A stretch of 49,278 nt of DNA from Thermoanaerobaculia bacterium. Its GTDB lineage: Bacteria > Acidobacteriota > Thermoanaerobaculia > Multivoradales > JAIOJS01. The stretch covers positions 1-49,278 of the forward strand of contig JAIOJS010000395.1 of the NCBI GenBank assembly GCA_019911795.1. The letters are read 5' to 3'. The position numbers and the translations under genes are program-made. Shown piece by piece: positions 34,954 to 46,324 of the stretch. The first letter of the stretch is position 1. Every line of letters starts with the position of its first letter. Under the pieces are notes generated by a model, which worked only from the letters and a program-made list of their open reading frames with translations, was not told the DNA's origin and did no database searches.

Positions 34954-36428
34954 ACTGCCTCGATCTCGAATCGCTCCTCGTGGAGCAGCGGATCCTCGAC
35001 CAGGGTCAGATCAGGGCGGATCGCTTCTCGCATCTCTTCGAGAACTCGAGGGTGCTCCTCTCGCAACGCCTGCGCTACCCGTGGATGCAAGCGCAGACGG
35101 AGTTCGAGTCGGCTCGGATGGGCGCGGTACTCGAGAACCGCCGCCCGCAAGCGGGAGATCACGTAGCTCGCCGAGTGAATTCTCCCCTGACCACGACAGG
35201 TCCGACACTCCTGGGTCAGCCATCGATGCAGGCTGGGGCGGGAGCGCTTGCGGGTCATCTCGACCAAGCCAAACTCGGAGATGGACAGTACCTGGGTCCG
35301 CACCCGGTCGCGCGCCAGCGCCGTCTCTAGAGCCGCGTAGACCTCGGCCCGGTGCTCCAGGTTCTCCATGTCGATGAGGTCGAGAACGAGGATCCCGCTG
35401 AGATTGCGCAAGCGAATCTGTCGGGCCGTCTCGTCGACCGCCTCGAGGTTCGTTTGCAAAATGGTTTCGGCCAGACTGCGGCGACCGACGTTGCGTCCGG
35501 TGTTGACGTCGATGGAGACCAGCGCTTCGGTGGGCTGGATGACGAGGTAGCCGCCCGAACGCAACCAGACCCGGGGTCTCAGTGCCGCTTCGATCACCTC
35601 CTCGACGCCAAATCGCTCGAAGAGGGGCACCTCCTCGGTCGATTGCCGCACCCGACCCGCCAACTCAGCATCGAAGTCCCGGACGAACGACACCACTCGC
35701 TGGTAGAGGTGTTCCCCTTCGACCCAAAGCGCGGAGAAGCTAGTGTCGAGGGTGTCGCGAACCACCGCCAGAGCCACCCCGAGGTCGCGATGCAAGAGAT
35801 CACCGGCCCCCGCACTGTCGGCCTTCCGCTGAATCCGCCGCCAAGCCTCGGCCAGGCTCGTAGCATCCGCCTGCAGCTCGCTCAGATCACAGCCTTGACC
35901 CGCGGTGCGGGCGATGAAACCGCCGGCGGTCTCGATCTCGTCGAGGAGGGAGCGGAGGCGCTCCCGCTCGACCTCGTCATCGATACGTCGCGAGACCCCT
36001 CGGTGGTCGCCCTCCGGAATGTACACCAGGTGGCGACCGGGCAGAGTGACATGTGCGGTCACTCGCGCGCCCTTGTTGGCCAGCGGTCCCTTGACCACCT
36101 GGACGATGATCTCCTGCCCTGGTTTCAACAGATCCTCGATGGTGGGCAGATCCTCGGCCAGGTCTCCGTCGGGAGCTTCCGAGCCTTCGGTGACCGAACG
36201 GGGCCGTACATCCTCGACGTGAAGGAAGGCGTCGCGCTCGAGACCCACATCGAGAAAGGCGGCTTGCATTCCGGGTAACACCCGGTGGACCCGGCCCTTG
36301 AAAACGCTGCCGGCCAGGCCTCCTCCGTCCCGCGGCTCGTAGTACACCTCTACAACGCGGCCATCCTCGAGTACGGCGACTCGAGTCTGCTGGGGATCCT
36401 GCTCGATGAGCATCTTCTTGGTCTGCAT
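34950..36428 (-). CDS. rng: Ribonuclease G (Rne/Rng family)
   Basis: The S1 domain reads GSVFKGRVHRVLPGMQAAFLDVG. The catalytic region reads IVIQPTEALVSIDVNTG. The Zn-link-like motif is CRTCRGQG. Confidence 0.9.
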   Translation of the reverse strand: MQTKKMLIEQDPQQTRVAVLEDGRVVEVYYEPRDGGGLAGSVFKGRVHRVLPGMQAAFLDVGLERDAFLHVEDVRPRSVTEGSEAPDGDLAEDLPTIEDLLKPGQEIIVQVVKGPLANKGARVTAHVTLPGRHLVYIPEGDHRGVSRRIDDEVERERLRSLLDEIETAGGFIARTAGQGCDLSELQADATSLAEAWRRIQRKADSAGAGDLLHRDLGVALAVVRDTLDTSFSALWVEGEHLYQRVVSFVRDFDAELAGRVRQSTEEVPLFERFGVEEVIEAALRPRVWLRSGGYLVIQPTEALVSIDVNTGRNVGRRSLAETILQTNLEAVDETARQIRLRNLSGILVLDLIDMENLEHRAEVYAALETALARDRVRTQVLSISEFGLVEMTRKRSRPSLHRWLTQECRTCRGQGRIHSASYVISRLRAAVLEYRAHPSRLELRLRLHPRVAQALREEHPRVLEEMREAIRPDLTLVEDPLLHEERFEIEAV

Positions 36429-36592
36429 CGTTCGCTAAACTTCCGCCGTTACCTGATTTTCTGCCTTCACTTGGTCTTCTGCCACCACTTCGACTTCCTC
36501 CACCGCGAACCACCGACGCGCCCTCGCCCGTGCCCAGTGACGTGGGCCGATCATATCTTCAGCGGTGGTTCCCCTTCGCCGATGGAGCCGCT

Positions 36593-37744
36593 TCAACGAT
36601 TGACGTAGCGGCGGTAGTCCACGTTGAGGATCAGTCCGCAGGCGGCGAAGCAGAAGAGGGTGAAGGACCCGCCGTAGGATAGGAAAGGCAGCGGGATTCC
36701 GGTAATCGGCGCGCGACCGATCACCATCGCCGTGTTGTACAAAACGTGGAAAGCGAGGGTGGCGAGGACGCCGACAACGAGCAGGATCCCGAGCCGATCG
36801 CGAGCCCGCGCCGCGACCTCGATCGCATTGAAGAAGAACGTACCGTAGAGACCGAGAACGACCAGAACGCCGAGGAATCCCCACTCCTCCGCCAAGACGG
36901 CAAAGATGAAATCGGTGTGCCGGGCGGGTAGAAAGCGCAGCTGGCTCTGGGTTCCCTGCTCATAACCCCGTCCCAAGAGTGCCCCTGAGCCCACCGCGAT
37001 CTTGCTCTGTCGGGCCTGATAGCCAGCCCCGTGAGGATCGCGTTCCGGCGACATGAACGTGAGCACCCGATCGCGCTGGTAGTCCTGCAGCCCGAAGGTC
37101 CATACCGCGCCCCCGATACACAAACCGAGGAGACCGGCCGCCACCACGAAGCGCCAGCGGACACCCGCCACCCAGATCATGCCGCTCAACATCGGCACGA
37201 ACATGGCCGCACTTCCGAGATCGGGCTGGAGCATGATCAGTCCCATGGGTAGAGCCACGATGGCAACGGCGACGAGGATCTCTCGGGTGCGCAAACGGTC
37301 CCCCGCGATCCCGGCGAGAAAGCGCGCCAAGAGAAGAACGGTAGTCAATTTCGCGATCTCCGAGGGTTGGACCTGAAAACTGCCCAGTCCCAGCCAGCTA
37401 CGGGCACCGCCTCGCACCCTGCCCACGCCCGGGATGAGGACGACGACAAGGAGAAAAATTCCCGAGCCGTAGATCGGCAGGGCGAGACTGGCCAACCTCT
37501 GGTAGTCGAGGGCCAAGACCACGAACGAGACGACCAGTCCGAGTCCGACCCACACCAGTTGCCGTGAGAAGTACCCGGCGCCGAGTTCGCTACTGGCGCT
37601 ACCCACCGTTCCGACCCCGATCGCCGAGATGACGACTGCGGTCAGCAGAACGCTCCACCGCGCGGTCGAGAGCCGCCCGAAGGGCCCGGTGTCAGGACGC
37701 CGGAAGATGCCCGAGATCGGGAGACTTCGCGAGGATCGCTTCAT
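36593..37744 (-). CDS. rodA: Peptidoglycan glycosyltransferase RodA (SEDS family)
   Basis: It has the FtsW/RodA pattern (WLGLGSFQVQPSEIAKL, HTDFIFAVLAEEWGF, TGIPLPFLSYGGS). ATG 37744 overlaps the 3' end of mrdA by 53 nt. Confidence 0.9.
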   Translation of the reverse strand: MKRSSRSLPISGIFRRPDTGPFGRLSTARWSVLLTAVVISAIGVGTVGSASSELGAGYFSRQLVWVGLGLVVSFVVLALDYQRLASLALPIYGSGIFLLVVVLIPGVGRVRGGARSWLGLGSFQVQPSEIAKLTTVLLLARFLAGIAGDRLRTREILVAVAIVALPMGLIMLQPDLGSAAMFVPMLSGMIWVAGVRWRFVVAAGLLGLCIGGAVWTFGLQDYQRDRVLTFMSPERDPHGAGYQARQSKIAVGSGALLGRGYEQGTQSQLRFLPARHTDFIFAVLAEEWGFLGVLVVLGLYGTFFFNAIEVAARARDRLGILLVVGVLATLAFHVLYNTAMVIGRAPITGIPLPFLSYGGSFTLFCFAACGLILNVDYRRYVNR

Positions 37745-39497
37745 AAACTTCCTTGGCGATGGGGGCGGCTGCGGTCGAGCCGGCACCACCGTGTTCGACA
37801 AAAACGACGACCACCCAGCGGGGATCTTCGACCGGGGCATAGGAGGCGAACCAAGCGTGGTCACGCTCGGCATAGGGCAGGTCCTCTGACTTCACCCACG
37901 TCTGCTGACTGACCACCTGCACCGTTCCGGTCTTGCCGGCGATAGTGAGCCCAGGGACCGCGGCGGAGCGACCCGTCCCGTCGCTATCCATGACCACGGC
38001 ACGAAGGGCCTCGCGAACCAGTTGCCAATCTCTCGATGCGTACTCTGCCGGGGCTCGGTGTTCGCTCGGCTCTTCGCCGAGCCACGGAATCGGGCGCGGA
38101 CCGGCGTTGGCCGCCGCGCTCATCAACACCGCGATCTGAAGCGGTGAAGTGAGAATCGGGCCTTGGCCGATGGCGACCGATATGGTCTCTCCCGGATACC
38201 AGGGATGACCTCGTACCGTTCGACTCCACTCTCGGCTCGGCACCAGACCGCTCTTCTCGCCGAGGAGGTCGATCCCGGTCGCCTCGCCGAGTCCGAAGCG
38301 ACGAGCGTGCCGACCGATGGCATCGATTCCCATCTGTTGACCGAGGTCGTAGAAGTAGATGTCGCAGGACTTCTTGATCGCCTCCCGGAGGTTGACCCAG
38401 CCGTGGCCCGCACGCTTCCAACAACGCGACCGGCGGCCGAAGTACTTCTTCGCACCACTACAAAAGACTCGGGTTTCGGGCACGATAATCCCCTCCTCCA
38501 GGCCACCCAAGGCCATCACAACCTTGAACAGGGACCCAGGGGAGTGAACGTTCTGCAGGGTTCGATTCTGAAGAGGCTGATGGGGAGCCTCGATCAGGTT
38601 GGTCCAGGCGTCTGCGTCCAGTCGACGGGCAAAGAGGTTCGGGTCGTAGGAGGGTGACGAGGCCATCACCAACACCTCTCCGTCTCGAGGATCCAGCACC
38701 ACGACGGCGCCGACGCGACCGGCCAGGGCACGTTGGGCCGCCTGTTGGAGGTCGAGGTCGATGGTGAGGCGAAGGTTCTCGCCCGCCCGGGGCTGCTCCT
38801 CCTGATAGTCCCCAACTGGGCGTCCGCGACTGTCGACGATGACGACCCGTTCCCCGCGCTCGCCGCGAAGGAGTGATTGGTACTGCCGCTCGATGCCGCG
38901 GCGACCGATCTGCTCGCCGGCCTGATAAGGATTGCTCTTCTCCTGCAACTCGGCGGGGTTGACCTCCCCCAGATAGCCCAGTACATGGGCCACCTGTTCG
39001 CGGTGGCGGTAGAGGCGCTGTTGCGAGACATCGATGGCGAACTCCGGATGCTCCAACCCCACGCTTTCGAAACGGGCAACTTGCCCCAGCGAAAGGTCCT
39101 CGGCCACCAAGGCCGTCTGCCGTACCGGTCCGTCCGGTTGAGCCGCGACCCGCGCGCCGAGAGTCGATCCGTCCACCCCGAGAATCTCGCCGGCGAACTC
39201 CAAACTCGAACTGAGATCCGCGGTACCGCTAGGGTCGATCCTTAGGTTGTAGCTGGGGATGTTCTCAGCCAGAGAGCGACCCTCCCGCTCCAGGATCGTG
39301 CCGCGCGGCGCCTGGATCGGCACCTCGCGCAGACGGTTGTTCTCCGCCAGCTGTCGAAAGTCCGCCCCCTGGACCCCCTGGACGAACCAGTAGTTGGCGA
39401 CGACGAGCGTCAGAGTCACCGCGAGGAGAACCATCAGGTAGCGGACTCGGCCCACCATCGCCTCCCGGTACTCTCGAGCTCTTACAACGACGGCCAC
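37692..39497 (-). CDS. mrdA: Penicillin-binding protein 2 (elongasome transpeptidase)
   Basis: It has SxxK (SPGSLFK), the SxN region and KTGT (IAGKTGTVQV), plus an N-terminal membrane anchor. The start is GTG 39497; ATG 39458 is an alternative. Confidence 0.9.
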   Translation of the reverse strand: MAVVVRAREYREAMVGRVRYLMVLLAVTLTLVVANYWFVQGVQGADFRQLAENNRLREVPIQAPRGTILEREGRSLAENIPSYNLRIDPSGTADLSSSLEFAGEILGVDGSTLGARVAAQPDGPVRQTALVAEDLSLGQVARFESVGLEHPEFAIDVSQQRLYRHREQVAHVLGYLGEVNPAELQEKSNPYQAGEQIGRRGIERQYQSLLRGERGERVVIVDSRGRPVGDYQEEQPRAGENLRLTIDLDLQQAAQRALAGRVGAVVVLDPRDGEVLVMASSPSYDPNLFARRLDADAWTNLIEAPHQPLQNRTLQNVHSPGSLFKVVMALGGLEEGIIVPETRVFCSGAKKYFGRRSRCWKRAGHGWVNLREAIKKSCDIYFYDLGQQMGIDAIGRHARRFGLGEATGIDLLGEKSGLVPSREWSRTVRGHPWYPGETISVAIGQGPILTSPLQIAVLMSAAANAGPRPIPWLGEEPSEHRAPAEYASRDWQLVREALRAVVMDSDGTGRSAAVPGLTIAGKTGTVQVVSQQTWVKSEDLPYAERDHAWFASYAPVEDPRWVVVVFVEHGGAGSTAAAPIAKEVYEAILAKSPDLGHLPAS

Positions 39498-39567
39498 GTC
39501 TACAGTCTACTCCTCGCCCCGAGGTCCAGGGACGGCATCCGTAGCGGCACCGCGACCGTTGCCAGCG

Positions 39568-40077
39568 TCACTTGAGGCGAAGCCTCGACCGACGGCGCCT
39601 CTGCCAGAGACCCCACTCACTGCGGGTCCGCCCCTCGATGGCGAGGAGAGCGCCGCCCAAGGCCGCGGTGGTTACGATGCGGCTCCCGACGGCGATCCAC
39701 GACGGCGGTTCGGATCCACCGACAAAGAGGAAATTTAAACTCATCACGATCAGCACCTGAGCCGCGGCAGCCGCCGCGAACATCAAAACCAAAACGCTAC
39801 GCTGCAGGACCACGCGCTGGCGAAGTACGGCAGCCAGGTAACCCACCAGGGTATCGGCGATGGCATAGAGCCCGAAGGTCCCTCCCATGAGCCCATCGCT
39901 CAGGAAGCCGGCGAGCATTCCTACCACCTGCCCCCCGACCGAGCCCGAAGAGAGGGCGATCCACACAACGATGACGAGCAGTAGATCGATGCTCCCGGCC
40001 ATCACTTCCACATCGAAGACGCTGCCGATTCTCTGTACCACGACCTGAAGAAGGGCCGCGAGGAAGAGGCCGAGCAC
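39568..40077 (-). CDS. mreD: Rod shape-determining protein MreD
   Basis: It is a polytopic hydrophobic protein directly after mreC. GTG 40077 (VLGLFLAALLQ) lies 5 nt after the mreC stop, whereas the longer listed ORF overlaps mreC. Confidence 0.7.
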   Translation of the reverse strand: MLGLFLAALLQVVVQRIGSVFDVEVMAGSIDLLLVIVVWIALSSGSVGGQVVGMLAGFLSDGLMGGTFGLYAIADTLVGYLAAVLRQRVVLQRSVLVLMFAAAAAAQVLIVMSLNFLFVGGSEPPSWIAVGSRIVTTAALGGALLAIEGRTRSEWGLWQRRRRSRLRLK

Positions 40078-40081
40078 TGAT

Positions 40082-40996
40082 CTAAGGACTAACAGGGGTT
40101 TCTCCCAACTCCACGGAGGGAAGCTCGACCCGCGGGAGCAAGTACGCTCCGTCGAGTAGACCGAAGTCCACCGCCGGTCGCACGTCGATGCGGTGGAACA
40201 GGTCAGTCCCCTCGCCCACGCTCTCGACAAAACCCAGCATCAGACCACGGGGATAGATGCCATCGATTCCAGCCGAAACGATGCGGTCGCCCACGCGAAC
40301 GTCGGCGCCCCGGGGAACGTAGTTCATGGAGAGCGCGTTGGGTCCCGTGCCTCGAACCACCCCTTGGCGTCGGGTGCGCTCGATCATCGCACCCACGGCC
40401 GAAGCTGTGTCGCTGACCAGCTGCACCTTGGCGTAGCCACCGCGGATCACCACCACCCGCCCCACCAGGCCTCTCGGATCGACCACCGCCTGCCCGACGC
40501 TCGCTCCGTCACCACCTACAAAGAGTACCAAACTGCGTCGAGCCGAACTGTGGTCGATGAAGACCACATCTCCGACCTGAAGGTCCTGCGACGACTCCCG
40601 GGAATAGCGCAGGGCCTCGGCCAATCGTTGAAAATCCAGTTCGACCGACTGGCGACGGAGAAGCTCCCGCTCGAGTCGACTGACCGACTCTTCGAGTCGC
40701 CGGTTCTCCTGCCGCAACCAGACTTCGCGGCGTCGCCGGGCCACGAAGCCGGACACTCCGTCTTGTACCGCCACGACGAGGTGAGCAAGTGGCGCCATCG
40801 CCCCCAGCGCACCCTGCTCAACTCTCGACGGTGTCCCATCGTCGACCGAAAGCTGGCGCGAAAGGACGCCAAACTCGAAAATGAGCAGGATGACTAGAAG
40901 CCAGCGCGACCCACGGTCGTTGATCACTTGGCGAATCCCGACCCGGGTCCATCGCGCCACTGCACCGCCCGAGTAGGCCTTGGCAGAAGCAGGCAT
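40082..40996 (-). CDS. mreC: Rod shape-determining protein MreC
   Basis: It has a single N-terminal TM segment (WLLVILLIFEFGVL), a coiled coil and beta-rich repeats (GDVVFIDHS, GLVGRVVVIRGGYAKVQLVSD, VGDRIVSAGIDGIYPRG). The start is uncertain (ATG 40996, GTG 40960 or GTG 40927). Confidence 0.8.
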   Translation of the reverse strand: MPASAKAYSGGAVARWTRVGIRQVINDRGSRWLLVILLIFEFGVLSRQLSVDDGTPSRVEQGALGAMAPLAHLVVAVQDGVSGFVARRRREVWLRQENRRLEESVSRLERELLRRQSVELDFQRLAEALRYSRESSQDLQVGDVVFIDHSSARRSLVLFVGGDGASVGQAVVDPRGLVGRVVVIRGGYAKVQLVSDTASAVGAMIERTRRQGVVRGTGPNALSMNYVPRGADVRVGDRIVSAGIDGIYPRGLMLGFVESVGEGTDLFHRIDVRPAVDFGLLDGAYLLPRVELPSVELGETPVSP

Positions 40997-41287
40997 GCAT
41001 GCGTTGCGAGCGCCGCGGGGCCAGACCCAAGGTGCGCCCCACGCGAAGTGGCGCCATCGTCGAGTCGGTGCAACCTGGAAGATGGCTCCGGGCTGCCAAG
41101 ACCCGAAGGGCGACAAGGGCCTCCGACTACAGCGTCTAAAGGCTCGAGGTGGTTAGAGCCTTCCTGAGCGGGCCCGAGAAACCGTCCCTGGTGGCGGAAG
41201 CGCTTGCCGCAGGAGCGTGCCGACTTCTGCCCCGGACGGCTAGTGACGGGCGGGTGACGGATGGTGGCACTCAGGAGCTCGCTCCCA

Positions 41288-42316
<1,029 letters not shown>

Positions 42317-42723
42317 CTATCCTTCGGGCGAATCGTCGGCGAGCGGGTAGACGATGGCCGGTTGTGCGAAGCAGATGCGGAGTCGACCCTGAAGCCAAAC
42401 CGCAGGTAGCAGGAGCGTCGAGGCGACGCGTGGGCTGCAAGTCTATGGAAGTGAAGCTCCTAGCGCTAGTCCGAAGCTGCCGACGAACGTCGGAGTCGGA
42501 GATTCTCGCTCGAGGGTGCGGTTCAGTGGGACCCAGGTCCCAGCTCTCGAGCTCCGAGATGGGGTGAGGCTCATCCGAGCCGCTCTCAGGTGGACCGTGT
42601 CAATTGGATCGGTCCGCCTCGATCGTCTTCATGGGTCGCTCTGCGGCGAGCTAAGAAGTGCACTCGCCGCGCTCTCGATCGCCGCGCCGGTGTACGCCCT
42701 ATCGATCAGGCTGTCCCGGTCTA

Positions 42724-44157
42724 CTAGAGACCGTAGACATAGACTCGGCGCCGCGCTCGCGCCTCGTTGCCCGAGGCATCGGTGGCCCGCGCCTCGATGA
42801 AGTCCCAACCCGCCTGGACCAACTGAATGGTCTTGGTAAAGGAGCCGTCCGCCTCGACAACCACGGGGTCACCGTTGACCCGAACCGCGGCCCCGGCCTC
42901 GCTGGTGCCACGAACGATGAAAATACTACCGTAGGCCTGAATCTCATCGAGACTGACTTCCGGAGGCACCTGATCGACCTCATCGTCCTCACTTCGCAGC
43001 GATGCGACGCGGAAACGACTGGGTGAACTCCACGGTCCCTGTAGACCGGAGGCGCCGATCGCCGAGGTACGCCAGAAGAAACTCCCTTCGCCGCGCAGGC
43101 CCAAAGTCGCCTCGACCGTCTTCCGGTTCTCGACATCGATCACATTGTTGACGAAGAGTCGATTGCGGGAGATCTGGAGAGCGTAGTGGTCGGCTCCCCG
43201 CACCGGCTGCCAGGAGAGCAGGAGTTCCTGGGTCGAGTCGATGTCGAGGTTCTGATTCTCGCTCGGTGACAGCAGAAGCGGTGCCGGCGGTAGATCTTGA
43301 GTCTCGGAGAGGTCAGCTCCGACCTTCTGTACGGTCTGAAGAGCGGTGATCCTCCGGGTCTCTCCCCCCGAGCGGACCTCGACCGCACCTCGATAGGCGG
43401 TGAAGTTGGCCGACTTCTCGGCTTCGTCGTAAGACACGACCGCCTGGGAGTCGTCCTCGACCCGCGCCTGCGAATCAGGAGTTGCCACCCGGCTCGCGTT
43501 GCGCGCCGTGTTGAGATTGACCCAGCCGTATTCCAGAGTGATCGCCTGTTCGCCGCGACTGTCGTCCGAGGACTTGCTCACCAGGAAGAGCGTGTTGGGT
43601 CGCACGGTGTAGAGAGTTCCGTCGACGAACATGATCTCGGCCGACCCTCCATCCGCCGTCTTGACGTAGTCCCCGGAGTTCAAGGTCTCGCGGGTCCGAG
43701 CTGTACGCCAGTCACCGCTCTCACCTCGGCGAAACTCCACCCGCCCCTGAACGGCGATGAACTGCGCCTCTCCGGTTTCATCCTGGCGGCGAGAAGCATC
43801 ACGGATCGATAGCAGTACGTCGCCGCAACGCCGACCGATATCGAGTGCACTGCGATAGTGCTTCTCGGCGAAGTGCTGGCGGGCTGCCTGGAGATCAGCC
43901 CACGCCGCCTCGTACTCGAGCTGGAACTGGGCGCCGCCAGAGTCGCCTCGCAACTGTTGAAACAAGACGCTATCCTCGTCTAGGACCCGTGCCGCCTCAT
44001 CCCGCAGCCCTTGTCGCTCCAGGTACTGGACACCGAAATATCCCATTCCGGCGAGGGCCACAAGGACGAAGAAAAAGCCCCAACCGCGTAGGGTGTCTAC
44101 CGAGACCTTGTACCAGTCTCGGTCTTTCTTGGCCCGGTTTGATTCGCCTCGACTCAA
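42724..44157 (-). CDS. Membrane-anchored FecR-domain protein with C-terminal Ig/FN3-like domains
   Basis: It has an N-terminal TM segment (GWGFFFVLVALAGMGYF), a FecR-like beta region (GRVEFRRGESGDWRTARTRETLNSGDYVKTADGGSAEIMFVDGTLYTVRPNTLF) and later beta-sandwich-like segments. The start is TTG. Confidence 0.65.
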   Translation of the reverse strand: MSRGESNRAKKDRDWYKVSVDTLRGWGFFFVLVALAGMGYFGVQYLERQGLRDEAARVLDEDSVLFQQLRGDSGGAQFQLEYEAAWADLQAARQHFAEKHYRSALDIGRRCGDVLLSIRDASRRQDETGEAQFIAVQGRVEFRRGESGDWRTARTRETLNSGDYVKTADGGSAEIMFVDGTLYTVRPNTLFLVSKSSDDSRGEQAITLEYGWVNLNTARNASRVATPDSQARVEDDSQAVVSYDEAEKSANFTAYRGAVEVRSGGETRRITALQTVQKVGADLSETQDLPPAPLLLSPSENQNLDIDSTQELLLSWQPVRGADHYALQISRNRLFVNNVIDVENRKTVEATLGLRGEGSFFWRTSAIGASGLQGPWSSPSRFRVASLRSEDDEVDQVPPEVSLDEIQAYGSIFIVRGTSEAGAAVRVNGDPVVVEADGSFTKTIQLVQAGWDFIEARATDASGNEARARRRVYVYGL

Positions 44158-44274
44158 CGTCCCTCGTCTCCAAGTGCTGTTCTCGCACTTTGGATACTAG
44201 CACGCGACCGTACGTGCAAAACCGCCCCGGGCGGGGGGATCGTTGGCAACGGCCTCGCCATCCCGGCCTGATTC

Positions 44275-44303
44275 TTGCTCTCTTCTTGCCCGACTGCTAA
44301 AGT
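44275..44303 (+). promoter_or_regulatory. Promoter candidate for ppiD
   Basis: This reads TTGCTC-N17-TAAAGT, about 76 nt upstream of ATG 44380. Confidence 0.25.
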
Positions 44304-44379
44304 GCCGATCCGCCTCCGGGCTTTGCTGTGCCGACCCTTGCCTTGGCCCAGCGGTACCCTCTAAACCAAGGAAACGCTC

Positions 44380-46317
44380 ATGCTCAAAGTCTTCCGTGAT
44401 TCGATGAAATACCTGGCCTGGATCCTCTGGGCCGTGATCGCTGTCTTCATCCTGTTCGTCTTCGTCGACTTCGGCGGCAGCATGCCCGGCGCCCAGCCCA
44501 ACCGCTCCGCCGCGACGGTGGGGGATCAGTCTGTTTCCTATCGCGAGCTGGAGCGTGAGCACCGCAACCTCGAAGAGGACATGCGCTCGCGACTCGGCGA
44601 CCAGTACACCCCCGAACTCGCCGAGCAACTCCAACTCCCGATGCAGGCCCTGAACCGCATCATCGACCGCAAGGTCATGTTGGCTGAGGCCGAGCGACTG
44701 AAGCTCACCGTCTCCGACCAAGAGCTTCAGAAGTACATCCTCGACCTACCTGTCTTCAAGAACGGCGACAAGTTCGTTGGACAGGAAGCCTACGATCGAT
44801 TCCTGCGACGCCTCAACTACACCCCGGACACCTTCGAAGCCGAGATCCGCAACCAGCTTCTCGTCGAGCGGCTGGTGGCGACCCTGGAGAGTTCCCTCGC
44901 CGTTTCCGACCAAGCGGTGGAGAAGCGTTACCGCGAGCAGGCCGAACGCGCCTCGATCCGGTACGTGGCCCTGCCGGGCACGACCCTACGTGCCGAGGCC
45001 AAGCCCACTCCCGAAGAACTCGAAGCGTATTTCGAAGCCCACCGCGAGGACCTCCGCATCCCAGAGGAGCGGACCGCAGACTATCTGCTCGTCGACACCC
45101 GCAAGGTGCGCGAGACCCTAGAGGTCGGCGACGAGGCGATCGCTACCTACTTCTCGGAACACAAAGCGGAGTACTTCGAGCAAGAACAGGTTCAAGCGCG
45201 CCACATCCTGATCGGCACCAGTGAGCGCACTCCCGCCGAGGCCGAAGCGCTCACTCTCGAGCTCCTCGAGCGCATTCGAGGAGGCGAAGACTTCGCCGTC
45301 ATCGCGCGCGAACTCTCCGACGACCCCGGCAGCAAGACGCGAGGTGGAGACCTGGGGTACTTCGGTCGGGGCCGCATGGTCGCCCCCTTCGAAACTGCTG
45401 CCTTCGATGCCGCCGTCGGTGACATGGTTGGACCGGTACAGAGTCAGTTCGGGTACCACATCATCGAGGTTCAGGATCACAAAGCCGAGCACCAGCGTCC
45501 TCTCGAGGAAGTGCGGGACCTGATCTCCAATCGCCTCGCTTCGGACCTCGCCGCGACGCGTGCCGAAGAGATCGTCCGCCAGCTCCATGACCAGTTGATC
45601 GGGGAAACCCCCCGCACGATGGCCGAACTCGCCGAGGAGAACGAAGCGGTCGAGACCGGCAAAACGCGCCCGTTCCGCGCGGAAGGATCCATCCTGCCGC
45701 TTGGCAACGCTCCCGCGCTCAACCCGCAGGCCTTCGGCCTCGAAGTGGGAGGGATCACTGAGCCCGCCCAGGCGGGTCGCGGCTGGGTAGTCCTGCAGCT
45801 CGCCGAGATCCTCCCCGAGCACCTTCCCGAGTACAACGAGGTGCAGGGGCAGGTACGACGCAACGTGGTGGAAGAGCAGGCGGCAGAGCTCGCTGTCCAG
45901 CGGTTGATTGCGGCCCAAGCCGAGGCTGAGGGTGCCGACGATCTCCTCGCCGCGGTCGCCGAAGCGGTGGGTCAGACCGTGGTCGACAGCCCCCTTTTCG
46001 GACAGGGGGGAACGATCCCTCAGTTGGGAAGAGCTACCGAACTCGTCAAAGCTGTCTTCGCGAGCGAGGAGGGCGACTACGGCAAGCCGGTGGTCCAAAA
46101 CGGCAAGGCGATTCTCTACCAGGTAAGCCAGCGTCATCACTTCTCTAGCGAGGAGCTCGAATCGCGCCGCTCTCAGCTGCGTCAGCAGATGGTGAACGAA
46201 CAGCTACAGTCGGTACTTGGCGCCCTGGTCAATCGCCGCAAGGACGAACTCGGCGTCGAGTACGACCGTGGCCTGCTCGAGGACTTGAACATCCTCGGCG
46301 AGCCCCAACAGGGCTAA
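44380..46317 (+). CDS. ppiD: Periplasmic chaperone/peptidyl-prolyl isomerase PpiD (SurA_N plus parvulin domain)
   Basis: It has an N-terminal anchor (LAWILWAVIAVFILFVF). The parvulin domain reads VQARHILI...GGDLGYFGRGRMVAPFETAAF...GPVQSQFGYHIIEV. Confidence 0.85.
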   Translation: MLKVFRDSMKYLAWILWAVIAVFILFVFVDFGGSMPGAQPNRSAATVGDQSVSYRELEREHRNLEEDMRSRLGDQYTPELAEQLQLPMQALNRIIDRKVMLAEAERLKLTVSDQELQKYILDLPVFKNGDKFVGQEAYDRFLRRLNYTPDTFEAEIRNQLLVERLVATLESSLAVSDQAVEKRYREQAERASIRYVALPGTTLRAEAKPTPEELEAYFEAHREDLRIPEERTADYLLVDTRKVRETLEVGDEAIATYFSEHKAEYFEQEQVQARHILIGTSERTPAEAEALTLELLERIRGGEDFAVIARELSDDPGSKTRGGDLGYFGRGRMVAPFETAAFDAAVGDMVGPVQSQFGYHIIEVQDHKAEHQRPLEEVRDLISNRLASDLAATRAEEIVRQLHDQLIGETPRTMAELAEENEAVETGKTRPFRAEGSILPLGNAPALNPQAFGLEVGGITEPAQAGRGWVVLQLAEILPEHLPEYNEVQGQVRRNVVEEQAAELAVQRLIAAQAEAEGADDLLAAVAEAVGQTVVDSPLFGQGGTIPQLGRATELVKAVFASEEGDYGKPVVQNGKAILYQVSQRHHFSSEELESRRSQLRQQMVNEQLQSVLGALVNRRKDELGVEYDRGLLEDLNILGEPQQG

Positions 46318-46324
46318 GTCACCG

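Noticed and set aside
37692-37744. A 53-nt overlap between the mrdA 3' end and the rodA start
   Set aside because: ATG 37744 is the only canonical start upstream of the first RodA TM segment. mrdA-rodA overlaps and coupling are common, so I note it only as a start-site uncertainty.
44218-44238. AAAACCGCCCCGGGCGGGGGG, which reads on the minus strand as a GC hairpin followed by TTTT (terminator-like)
   Set aside because: On the minus strand it lies upstream of the FecR-like gene, not after any gene. The stem is only about 5 bp with a 3-nt loop. It is probably fortuitous.
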